Source: Kofleriaceae bacterium (GTDB lineage Bacteria; Myxococcota_A; Polyangia; Haliangiales; Haliangiaceae). Taken from it: a DNA stretch of 64,000 bases. This document shows, piece by piece, positions 55,892 through 64,000 of this stretch; the stretch's first letter is position 1, and each line of letters opens with the position of its first letter. The notes below the pieces were generated by a model that saw nothing but the letters and a program-made list of their open reading frames with translations, was not told the DNA's origin and searched no databases. A program made the position numbers and the translations under genes. Location of the stretch: positions 1,837 to 65,836 of the forward strand of contig DATASS010000840.1 in assembly GCA_036269175.1 (NCBI GenBank), written 5' to 3'.

Positions 55892-56326
55892 TCACTTGAC
55901 CATCGCGGCGAGCGGCTTGCCCTTCTCGACGATGTAGGTCGAGATCACCACGGTGGGCGCGTTGCTGAGGTTCTTGGCGGCGTGCACCGTGCCCGCCGGG
56001 ATGAAGAACACGTCGCCGGCCTTGAGGGTCTGGGTCGGCTTGCCCGCGACGTCGACGGTCAGCTCGCCCTGCACGATGAAGCCGACCTCCTCGCCGGGGT
56101 GGGTGTGCTTGGGGACCACCGCGCCGGGCTCGAAGTCGCCGCGCGCCTGCACGGTCTCGTGGTTGGCCTGGCTGAGGTCATGGCGCTGCAGCTCGGTGCG
56201 CTTGAACCCGGTCGGCGCGCCGGCCGCGGCCGCGGGCTTGGGCTGCGCGCTGGCCTGCGCGCCCCACATCCCGGCCAGCAGGGCGATCGCGACGATCAGG
56301 TGCGTGGTCAATCTACGGTTCGTCAT
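55892..56326 (-). CDS. secreted cupin-domain protein
   Basis: Signal peptide, HTHPGEEVGFIVQGE, IPAGTVHA. Confidence 0.8.
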   Translation of the reverse strand: MTNRRLTTHLIVAIALLAGMWGAQASAQPKPAAAAGAPTGFKRTELQRHDLSQANHETVQARGDFEPGAVVPKHTHPGEEVGFIVQGELTVDVAGKPTQTLKAGDVFFIPAGTVHAAKNLSNAPTVVISTYIVEKGKPLAAMVK

Positions 56327-56465
56327 GTGCTTCCTCGCTCGTGAAAAAGGGTACGCGGATAGGAACGCCAAGCGCCGCACCGGTCAAGCGCGGAAACACC
56401 CCGCTGCGCGACGCAACGCGACGATTGTCGGCCACCGCGAAACGTGCCAGGTTCGCCGGAGGAGG

Positions 56466-56939
56466 ATGACCATGGCGCCCAAGGCCACCGACTGGCGCAC
56501 CGACGGCGTCCGCGTCATCAAGGCCGGCACGCTCGACACCAACACCCCGCAGACCCCGGGCATGGACCGCGCCGCGGCGATCACCCACGCGCGGGTCGGC
56601 GCCGAGAAGCTGTGGGCCGGCACGGTGACGATCCATCCCAGCGCCAAGACCGGCGCCCATCACCACGGCGATCTCGAGTCGGTGATCTACGTCGTCAAGG
56701 GCAAGGCGCGGATGCGGTGGGGCGAGCACCTGGAGTTCCTCGCCGAGGCCGGCCCGGGCGACTTCATCTATGTGCCGCCGTACGTCCCGCACCAGGAGAT
56801 CAACGCGGCCGACGAGCCGCTCGAGTGCGTGCTGGTTCGCAGCGGCAAGGACGCGGTGGCGGTCAACCTCGACATCGCGCCGGTCGAGGCGCCCGAGGAG
56901 GTCCACTGGGTGGACGACGTGCACCCCGCGCCGAAATGA
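56466..56939 (+). CDS. cupin-domain protein
   Basis: HHHGDLESVIYVVKG and YVPPYVPHQE. GGAGGAGG sits immediately upstream, so the second ATG at 56472 may be the real start. Confidence 0.8.
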   Translation: MTMAPKATDWRTDGVRVIKAGTLDTNTPQTPGMDRAAAITHARVGAEKLWAGTVTIHPSAKTGAHHHGDLESVIYVVKGKARMRWGEHLEFLAEAGPGDFIYVPPYVPHQEINAADEPLECVLVRSGKDAVAVNLDIAPVEAPEEVHWVDDVHPAPK

Positions 56940-56970
56940 ACCGCGCGGGGCGGTTCAGATCCTCGCCGCG

Positions 56971-57573
56971 CTGTTCCACCTCGACGGCGAGGGCTTCACG
57001 CCCCCGGCCGACAACGCGGCGCTCCAGGCGCTGCTCGCAAAGCACCCCGCGCTGAGCTTCCTCGAGGCGTGCGGGGTCGGCGACACCGCCGAGATGACCC
57101 GCCAGCTCCGGCGCGATCCGAAGCTGGCCGCGACCTGGACCGAGTTCGGCTGGAGCGCGCTCCACCTCGCCGCGTTCTCCGGCGTCCCCGGCGCGGTCCA
57201 GCTGCTGCTCGATCGCGGCGCCGACCTCCACGCCCGCGCGCGCAGCAAGTTCAAGAACACCCCGCTGCAGGCCGCGCTGCTCGCCGGCCAGCTGGCGACC
57301 GCGAAGCTCCTGCTCGAGCGCGGCGCCGATCCGCTGGTCCGCCAGGCCAGGGGCTTCACACCGCTGCACGAGGTGGCGCTGCTCGGCCGCCGCGATCTGG
57401 TCGACCTGCTGCTCGGCGCCGGCGCGGAGATCAACTCGCGCAGCGACGATGGCCGCACGCCGGTGACCGAGGCGCTGCGCGGCAAGCACGCCGAGCTCGC
57501 CGACTACCTGCGCAGCAAGGGCGGCCGCGGCGCGGACATCACCGCGAACCTCGAGGCCGCGCCGGTGGACTGA
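56971..57573 (+). CDS. ankyrin-repeat protein (start codon unresolved)
   Basis: ANK repeats (GWSALHLAAFSG..LLLDRGADL, TPLQAALLAG..LLLERGADP, GFTPLHEVALLGRRDLVDLLLGAGAEIN). Coding-like sequence begins right after the cupin stop, but no in-frame ATG or GTG is there. The listed start is a CTG placeholder. Confidence 0.65.
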   Translation: MFHLDGEGFTPPADNAALQALLAKHPALSFLEACGVGDTAEMTRQLRRDPKLAATWTEFGWSALHLAAFSGVPGAVQLLLDRGADLHARARSKFKNTPLQAALLAGQLATAKLLLERGADPLVRQARGFTPLHEVALLGRRDLVDLLLGAGAEINSRSDDGRTPVTEALRGKHAELADYLRSKGGRGADITANLEAAPVD

Positions 57574-57967
57574 TCACGGCATTTGTTCCCTATCCGAAAT
57601 ATGCGGCTGGCCACGCGCGATCGCTCGGCGGCCATGCGCGCACCGCCAACCTGCCGATCCCGGACGGCTCTCGCCTGGATGAGCAATCCTCACTTCGTAG
57701 CTCCGGTTACTGAAGTATCTACATAAGACGATATCGCGCAGGAGGAACGCCACACGCCCGACCCATCTTCGAGTCGTGAATCTACGTATGATTATGATTC
57801 TACTGAACTAAGTAGCGATTTGTATCACACGATACGGCAACGAATCTCTTAGATGAGACTTCACCGTGGGAAGCATCTTCCGCCATGGAGGCACCTGGAG
57901 TCACGCATGTAAGGTCACCTACGAAATTCCTTGCGTTTACTCCTGACCACCCCGGGGGGTGCCGACA

Positions 57968-60900
57968 ATGACTGCTCGCACATGGAAGAGAGCAATCTTC
58001 GCAGGGGGGCTGGCGACCGCTGGTATCGCGACGACCTGGGTCGCGGCGCACGCGGTCAACTCGCCATCCGTCCAGCAGCAATTGCAGACCCAGCGCAACG
58101 TGATCGTCACGGCGCTGGAGGATGCGATCGCGCGCGGCGATGACGGCATCGCCCCGCTGTCGATCAACTACATCGAGGACACCGACGACACGCAGCAGGA
58201 CGATGCGCTGGTCCGCTCGCTGTGGCTGCGGCTGACCAACGGCCCGTCGTCGCAGGCCAGCGTCGCGAACTTGATGAGCGAGACCGCGGTGCAGAGGAGC
58301 CGCGAGGCGTCCTACGCGAAGTCCGCGCGCCGGCTCGCCGACGTCGGCAGCGCGGCGCCGACCCAGCCGACGCCGCTACAGTGGCTGCGGCTCGGGCCGC
58401 AGAGCGCGATCTCGGAGTGGAACGGCAGCTACTACGACGGCCTCGACTCGGGCCGCGTCGCCACCATCCGCACCGATCCGAGCAACCCGGCCACCGTGTA
58501 CATCGGCGCGATCGGCGGCGGGATCTGGAAGACCCCCGACATCACGCTGGCGCAGCCGGTGTGGACGCCGCTGACCGACTCGCTGGGCACGATGTTCATC
58601 GGCTCGTTCGACATCGATCCCACCAACTCCAACGTCATCCACGCCGGCCTCGGCGACTTCTGGGAGGGCAACCCCGGCGGCGTGATGGTGTCCACCGGCG
58701 ACGGCGGCGCGACGTGGAGCGCGCCGTTCTCGCTCAACACCACGCTCAACGGCGCCACGATCCACGCCGACAACACCCGTACCGTCCGGGTCGATCCGAA
58801 CAACCACAGCAACATTCTGGTCGCCAGCGACGTCGGGCTGTTCCGCTCGACCGACGGCGGCCGGACCTACCAGCCGATCGACCTGCCGAACACCGCGCCG
58901 TACGGCCTCGATCTCGAGGGCACGTTCAGCATCGTCTACACCGGCGTGTCGCCGTCGGGCCAGTCGACGTTCCTGGTCAGCGGCAACTACGCTTGCCCCG
59001 GCACCTACCCGCCGTCGTTCAACCAGCCGACCACCGGATTCTTTGTCGCGAGCTGCCCGCCGCTGACGACCGGCAACCTGGGTGACATCTGGAAGAGCAC
59101 CGACGGCGGCGCGACCTGGACCTCGGCGCGGGTCGCCGGCGCGCTGCCGCTGCCGCCCAACGGCGAGATGGGCCGGATCAACCTGACCGCGATCCCCGGC
59201 GTGCCGAGCTCGAACAACGCAGTGGTCTACGCGCTCGCCGCCAACCAGACCGGCGGGGCGACCGTCGCGGTGCTCAAGAGCCTCAACGGCGGCACGTCGT
59301 GGACCATGGTGGCGCAGGGCAGCCTGACCACGCCGACCAATCCGACCCCGGGCGCCACCGGCACCGACTGCCTGACGCTCGACATCGGCCACGGCCAGAG
59401 CCAGTACGACCTCGCCATCGCGGTCGACCCCAACAACTCGAACAGCGTGTTGATCGGCGGCAACCTGTGCGGCGCCCGCACCGTCGACGGCGGCGCGACC
59501 TGGCAGATCGTGTCGGACTGGCTGGCGTTCGGCGGCTCCGAGGGCACGCTGCCGTACGTCCACGCCGACTGGCACAACGCGCTGGTCACCCGGATCAACG
59601 GCCAGCCGGTGTCGCTGGCCAGCAGCGACGGCGGCATCTTCGTGTCGTTCGACCTGTTCGCCGCCGCCCGCGGCGCCGACGTCCACTGGTTCGACGGCAA
59701 CGTCGGCCTCGACACCCTCCTGCCCTACTCGGTCGGCTCGGGCGACCCCGTGTTCGGCACCGCGAAGTACGTGCTGACCGGCCTGCAGGACAACGGCACC
59801 CGGATCCGGGTCAGCCAGAGCGAGTTCTACCTCCAGGACCTGCCCAAGGCGTGGAACCAGATCCAGGGCGGCGACGGGTTCGGCGCCGCGGTGTCCAACG
59901 ACGCCACCGGCGGCAACGTCGCGACCTGGGGCGTGGCCAACGGCGGCCGCGTGATGTGCCGCGCCGGCGCCGGCATCGAGTGCACCCGCGCGACCCACGT
60001 GGTCAACGACTCCGAGATCCGGTCGTACATCCGGGTCACGCCGACGCTGCCGCCCGGCGACGCCAACGGCGGGTTCGCGGTCCGCTACGCCCCGCTGTAC
60101 GACGCCGCGGGCAGCGTGGTCTCGAACTCGAACTTCAACCTGTTCAAGATGACGCCCGGCGCGGGCGACACGGTGGCGATCACGCGGCTGGTCACCAGCC
60201 CGCCGCCGCCCAACCCGGGTGGCTATGTCGGATGCGGAGCAACCACCGTGCGCTCGATCCGCGCCGGCGGGCCGCAGCCGTCGCCGTTCACCTACATGGT
60301 CAACGGCGTGGCGTCGCGGGTCTACGGTCTGCCGCTGAGCGGCGGCTGCTACGCGGTGGTGGTCGACAGCGGCCGTTCCGACGGCGTGGTCTCGGTCGTC
60401 ACCGCCAACACCATCCCGCAGATCGGCGCCGAGCAGGTCCAGAACACCGCGTCGATCACGTTCCCCAAGGACCCGACGCACCTCGGCGGCACCGACATCA
60501 CCAGGACCTACGTGGTGTCGAGCGTCGGCGACTTCGACACCCTGCCGGTGACCAGCCCGTCGACGCCGATCTCGGCGGCGGCCGGCCACGTGTTCCTCAC
60601 CATCGACGGCGGCACGACCTGGACCCCGCTGCACGGCAACGGCACCGGGTTCGACCTGCCCAACGTCCGCGTCTACGTGATCCGGTTCGATCCCTCGGAT
60701 CCGACCGATCAGACGATGTGGGCCGGCACCGATCTCGGCCTGTACCGCTCGACCGACATGGGGCAGACCTGGGTGCGCTACGGCAGCAACCTGCCGATGG
60801 TGCGGGTCCAGGACCTGTTCCTGTCGCTCAATGGCTCGCTGATCCGCGCCGCGATGTACGGCCGCGGCGTCTGGGAGATCTACCCGCGGTCCGACGGGGC

Positions 60901-61114
60901 CAGCGGTCGCATCGGGTTCGGTGACTTCGACAAGAACGGCGTCATCGACTTCCGCGATCTCGGCAACCTGACCAACCGGCTCACCGCCACGCCGGCCGGC
61001 ACCGAGGTCCCGCTCTACGACTCCGAGATGAACCTCAGCGAGGCCGGAGCCGCGACCACCCTGGATGACAGCGACCTGAACGCGTTGCTCGCGAAGTTTG
61101 GAGGTGCGCCATGA
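57968..61114 (+). CDS. secreted BNR/Asp-box beta-propeller protein with a C-terminal dockerin-like module
   Basis: Signal peptide. About 8 Asp-boxes (STGDGGATW, STDGGRTY, STDGGATW, SLNGGTSW, TVDGGATW, TIDGGTTW, STDMGQTW). C-terminal GDFDKNGVIDFRDLGNLTNRL ... LDDSDLNALLAKFG at 60908-61111. Confidence 0.85.
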   Translation: MTARTWKRAIFAGGLATAGIATTWVAAHAVNSPSVQQQLQTQRNVIVTALEDAIARGDDGIAPLSINYIEDTDDTQQDDALVRSLWLRLTNGPSSQASVANLMSETAVQRSREASYAKSARRLADVGSAAPTQPTPLQWLRLGPQSAISEWNGSYYDGLDSGRVATIRTDPSNPATVYIGAIGGGIWKTPDITLAQPVWTPLTDSLGTMFIGSFDIDPTNSNVIHAGLGDFWEGNPGGVMVSTGDGGATWSAPFSLNTTLNGATIHADNTRTVRVDPNNHSNILVASDVGLFRSTDGGRTYQPIDLPNTAPYGLDLEGTFSIVYTGVSPSGQSTFLVSGNYACPGTYPPSFNQPTTGFFVASCPPLTTGNLGDIWKSTDGGATWTSARVAGALPLPPNGEMGRINLTAIPGVPSSNNAVVYALAANQTGGATVAVLKSLNGGTSWTMVAQGSLTTPTNPTPGATGTDCLTLDIGHGQSQYDLAIAVDPNNSNSVLIGGNLCGARTVDGGATWQIVSDWLAFGGSEGTLPYVHADWHNALVTRINGQPVSLASSDGGIFVSFDLFAAARGADVHWFDGNVGLDTLLPYSVGSGDPVFGTAKYVLTGLQDNGTRIRVSQSEFYLQDLPKAWNQIQGGDGFGAAVSNDATGGNVATWGVANGGRVMCRAGAGIECTRATHVVNDSEIRSYIRVTPTLPPGDANGGFAVRYAPLYDAAGSVVSNSNFNLFKMTPGAGDTVAITRLVTSPPPPNPGGYVGCGATTVRSIRAGGPQPSPFTYMVNGVASRVYGLPLSGGCYAVVVDSGRSDGVVSVVTANTIPQIGAEQVQNTASITFPKDPTHLGGTDITRTYVVSSVGDFDTLPVTSPSTPISAAAGHVFLTIDGGTTWTPLHGNGTGFDLPNVRVYVIRFDPSDPTDQTMWAGTDLGLYRSTDMGQTWVRYGSNLPMVRVQDLFLSLNGSLIRAAMYGRGVWEIYPRSDGASGRIGFGDFDKNGVIDFRDLGNLTNRLTATPAGTEVPLYDSEMNLSEAGAATTLDDSDLNALLAKFGGAP

Positions 61115-63471
61115 GCCGGATGCTTCGTCTGCTCACTGCCTGCGTCGTGTGCTCGGCGGCCGCCTGCGGCTCCGAGCCGGCCAACCAGGCCCCCCCGTCG
61201 GGCGGCGCGCTCCAGATCGTCGCGTTCAGCGCCGAGTCCGACGCGCTCGAGACCGCCACCCAGTCGACCATGCTGCACTTCACGGTCCAGCCGTCGGATG
61301 CGGCGATCACGATCGACGGCCTCGGCGACCTGACCGGCCGCACCAGCGCCCAGGTCACGCCCGGCGTCACCACGGACTATCACCTCACCGCGACCGCGGA
61401 CGGCATCACGGTCAGCGCCGACATCCTCATCACCGTCGGGCCGGCGAGCGCCACGTCGATCCAGGTCCAGCCCGCGACCACCACCCCGACCGCGGGTGAG
61501 CCGCTCGCGGTCACGCTCCGCGTGCTGGGTCCCGAGGGCGAGGCCGCGGAGAGCTTCCGCGGCACCGTGCACGTCGCGAGCACCGATCCCAAGGCGGTGC
61601 TGCCCGCCGACGTGACGTTCACCGCGGGCGATCGCGGCGTCAAGCAGGTCGCGGTGACGCTCAAGGCCGCCGGCCCGATCACGCTGACCGCGACCGACCG
61701 GTCCGTGAAGGCCGGCGTGACCGGCGCGGCGTTCCTCGACGTGGTATCCGCCCCGGCGACGGCGTTCCAGCTGTCCGCGCTGCCGGTGGCGGCGTCGGCC
61801 GGCGACTCGCTGGTGCTGACCATCACCGCGCGCGATCCGTTCGGCAACGTCGCCACCGGGTTCACCGGCCTGGTCCGCGTGGCGTCGGCCGATCCGACCG
61901 ACATCCTGCCGCCGACCGGCGGGTTCACCGCCGGCGTCCGCACCGTGGTCGTCGCGTTCACCAAGGTCGGTAACCACACCGCGACGGTCCAGGACATCGC
62001 CGCGCAGCTCCCGTCGGCCACCACCACGAGCGTCGGGATCGGGCCCGGCGCGCCGTTCCGGATCGCGCTCGCACCGGCCAACCAGACCGCCACCGCGGGT
62101 GGGCCGGAGTTGTTCACCGCGACGCTGGTCGACTTCTTCAACAACACCGCGACCAATTACCTGGGCACGCTGCACTTCGTGGCGCTCGGCGATCCGGCGG
62201 CCAGCGTGCCGGCGGACTTCACGTTCGGCACCGCCGAGGCCGGCAGCCACACGTTCAGCGTGACGTTCAAGACCGCGGGCAGCGCCAGCCTGGCGGTCAG
62301 CGACACCGCGCGCAACGCGGTATCTGGCACGGTGACCTGGACCATCGGCGCCGCCGGCGCCGCGACCTGCGTCGCCGGCCAGGCGCCGTCGAGCGCGGTC
62401 GCCGGCTCGGTGGTCGGCCTGATCGTCGTCGTGCGCGACGGGTTCAACAACGTCGCCCGGGGCTACACCGGCACGCTGCAGCTGACCGCCAGCGACGTGC
62501 GGGCCAGCCTGCCGCCGCCGGTGACGTTCACGGCGGACGACGCGGGCAGCCATCCGTTCTCGGTCGCGCTGCTCACCACCGGCGGCCAGACCGTGACGGC
62601 GACCGACGTCGCGAACCCGGCGATCCAGTGCAGCGTCGGCGTCGCGGTCACCCCGGCGGCGCCCAGGCTGGTGCTCAGCGTGCCGGCCAACGCCAACGCC
62701 GGCTTCCCGGTCACCGTCGGGGTCACGGTGCACGACCTGTTCGACAACGCGATCCCGGCGTACGCCGGCACCGTGAGCTTCACCAGCACGGACACCGGGA
62801 CGGGCGCAGCGGCTCCGGGGCCGATCACGTTCACCGGCCGCGAGGGCGGCATCGCCATGACCACGGCGACGTTCGTCACCCTCGGCCCCCAGACCCTGTC
62901 GGCGACCGACACCGGCAGCCCGCAGGCCGCCGGCAGCGCGACCGCCGCGATCCACGGCCTGGTCTACACCGCGCCGGCGACCGGCCGGGTCCGCCTGGTC
63001 GCCAGCTCGGCGTCGAACGCGCAGGTGGTGCAGCTCGATCTGGTCGCCAGCGAGCGGCTCGAGGTGTCGTCGTTCTTCGGCGGGCCGGGCTCGTTCTCCG
63101 CCGGCATGAACCTGCCGATCGACACCACGCGGGTCGGCGCCGGCAACCCGCTGTTCACCCGCGGCGCGGCGCTGCCGGTGGGCACCGGCACGTCGGCGGC
63201 GGTCGGCGTGATCGGTCCCGATCACGTGCTGTACACCGCGGTGTCGCGCAAGCGGGTCACCGGGACCGCGGTCGCGACCCAGGACACCGACGTCGCCGCC
63301 GGCCAGGTGTTCTACTCGGTGCGGCTCCAGCTGCAGTCGACCAGCACGGTCGGCCCGGTGTTCGACGGCGCGCAGCCGATGGCGACCTACCGCGCCGCCG
63401 TGCGCGATCAGTTCGGCGACGACTTCGTCGGCCAGAGCGACATCGGCGTCGGCAAGCTCGAGGTTCGCTAG
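61111..63471 (+). CDS. lipoprotein with five tandem Ig-like repeats and a cohesin-like C-terminal domain
   Basis: GGAGG RBS and ATGA overlap with the upstream gene. Lipobox SAAAC. Five ~100-aa repeats (AG..L.VTV.D.FGN....Y.GTV.F.S.D...LP..VTFT..D.G.H.F.V) at aa 111-616. A distinct C-terminal ~170 aa. Confidence 0.8.
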   Translation: MSRMLRLLTACVVCSAAACGSEPANQAPPSGGALQIVAFSAESDALETATQSTMLHFTVQPSDAAITIDGLGDLTGRTSAQVTPGVTTDYHLTATADGITVSADILITVGPASATSIQVQPATTTPTAGEPLAVTLRVLGPEGEAAESFRGTVHVASTDPKAVLPADVTFTAGDRGVKQVAVTLKAAGPITLTATDRSVKAGVTGAAFLDVVSAPATAFQLSALPVAASAGDSLVLTITARDPFGNVATGFTGLVRVASADPTDILPPTGGFTAGVRTVVVAFTKVGNHTATVQDIAAQLPSATTTSVGIGPGAPFRIALAPANQTATAGGPELFTATLVDFFNNTATNYLGTLHFVALGDPAASVPADFTFGTAEAGSHTFSVTFKTAGSASLAVSDTARNAVSGTVTWTIGAAGAATCVAGQAPSSAVAGSVVGLIVVVRDGFNNVARGYTGTLQLTASDVRASLPPPVTFTADDAGSHPFSVALLTTGGQTVTATDVANPAIQCSVGVAVTPAAPRLVLSVPANANAGFPVTVGVTVHDLFDNAIPAYAGTVSFTSTDTGTGAAAPGPITFTGREGGIAMTTATFVTLGPQTLSATDTGSPQAAGSATAAIHGLVYTAPATGRVRLVASSASNAQVVQLDLVASERLEVSSFFGGPGSFSAGMNLPIDTTRVGAGNPLFTRGAALPVGTGTSAAVGVIGPDHVLYTAVSRKRVTGTAVATQDTDVAAGQVFYSVRLQLQSTSTVGPVFDGAQPMATYRAAVRDQFGDDFVGQSDIGVGKLEVR

Positions 63472-63747
63472 CCGATCGGCCCGCGGCTGGCCGAGCCGTA
63501 CCGACCGGCCGGCCGCGGTGCCCCGCGATTCGCTTCTGTGCGCTCTCTCGCAGATCGCAGCGCAGGAGTGGCGCCACCGCCCCGTCATGCGTGTCTGACG
63601 GTGATTGGGGGGCGTTGCGGATGTCGAACGGGAGTTGCACATCGTGGCGATCCCGGTCCGGATTGGCAATCATCATGAAAACAATGCTTGAACCGCTGGA
63701 GTGAGCGGCCTAGCGTGCCGATCGAAAAATCCACTTCGGAGGTTGCA

Positions 63748-64000
63748 ATGCGGATTTTCAGTCAGGTTTTCAGACACCGCACCATCCTCGCGGCAACGGT
63801 GCTGGCCGGCTTCGGGCTCGGCGCGGGCACGACCACCGCGGATTCGACCGCGCGGCACGGTGATCCGATGCTGCGCGGCATCGACCTCGAGCGCACGACG
63901 ATTCCCCAGCTCCAGGACGCGATGGACCACGGCCGGATCTCGTCGCTCTTGCTCACGGCGTTCTACCTGGGCCGGATCCAGGACCTCAACCCCGAGCTGC
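63748..64000 (+). CDS. amidase-signature-family amidase, N-terminal fragment (runs off window)
   Basis: GGAGG lies 5 nt upstream of the ATG. Signal-like N-terminus, then TIPQLQDAMDHGRISSLLLTAFYLGRIQDLNPEL, which is typical of amidase N-termini. Confidence 0.75.
   Translation, partial: MRIFSQVFRHRTILAATVLAGFGLGAGTTTADSTARHGDPMLRGIDLERTTIPQLQDAMDHGRISSLLLTAFYLGRIQDLNPEL

Noticed and set aside
56770-56939. ATG at 56770 as the start of the ankyrin gene
   Set aside because: It would overlap the cupin gene by 170 nt in another frame, and the overlapped translation (MCRRTSRTRRSTRPTSRSS...) is Arg/Ser/Thr-rich junk.
63478-63522. Intrinsic terminator after the Ig-repeat lipoprotein gene
   Set aside because: There is a GC-rich imperfect stem (GGCCCGCGGC ... 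GCCGCGGtGCC) but the loop is long and there is no clear U-tract. This is too weak to annotate.
63661-63704. Sigma-54-like TGGCA...TGCT element and a 9-codon uORF (MKTMLEPLE) upstream of the amidase gene
   Set aside because: The GG-to-GC spacing is about 21 nt rather than the required 12. The mini-ORF has no RBS, and there is no evidence for leader-peptide regulation.

Overview
High-G+C window (about 70% by eye, not computed), gene-dense and probably chromosomal, with a Myxococcota-like gene content: Oar-type TonB transporters, LVIVD and BNR propellers, many lipoproteins, many hybrid histidine kinases, DUF4157. I call about 55 protein-coding genes. I found no rRNA, tRNA, CRISPR array, transposase, integrase or phage genes. 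All functional calls come from motif recognition in the supplied translations, since no searches were run. Many long ORFs in the track are Arg/Pro/Gly-rich alternative-frame artefacts of the high G+C, and I ignored them. Operons are tightly packed, with about 12 ATGA/GTGA start-stop overlaps. The observations most worth a second look are: (1) at 9.0-10.7 kb, serial duplications of the tail-to-tail junction between a sulfurtransferase gene and an M20 peptidase gene, with two unrelated small low-GC genes (a 72-aa Cys-containing secreted peptide, and a LysM protein with a double-glycine-leader-like N-terminus) each sitting exactly at a junction copy; (2) an orphan DUF4157 (HExxH) toxin-marker protein with an unassigned ~370-aa C-terminal domain, divergent from a LytS/LytTR pair that is bracketed by perfect 21-bp direct repeats; (3) a translationally coupled pair of a BNR propeller ending in a dockerin-like module and an Ig-repeat lipoprotein ending in a cohesin-like domain; (4) a five-gene coupled sulfur-trafficking operon (secreted tandem rhodanese, split YeeE/YedE, Cys-less rhodanese, MOCOS-like PLP enzyme); (5) a lower-GC island carrying an Oar-like transporter and a gene relic. 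I cannot say which of these, if any, is a genuinely new system.
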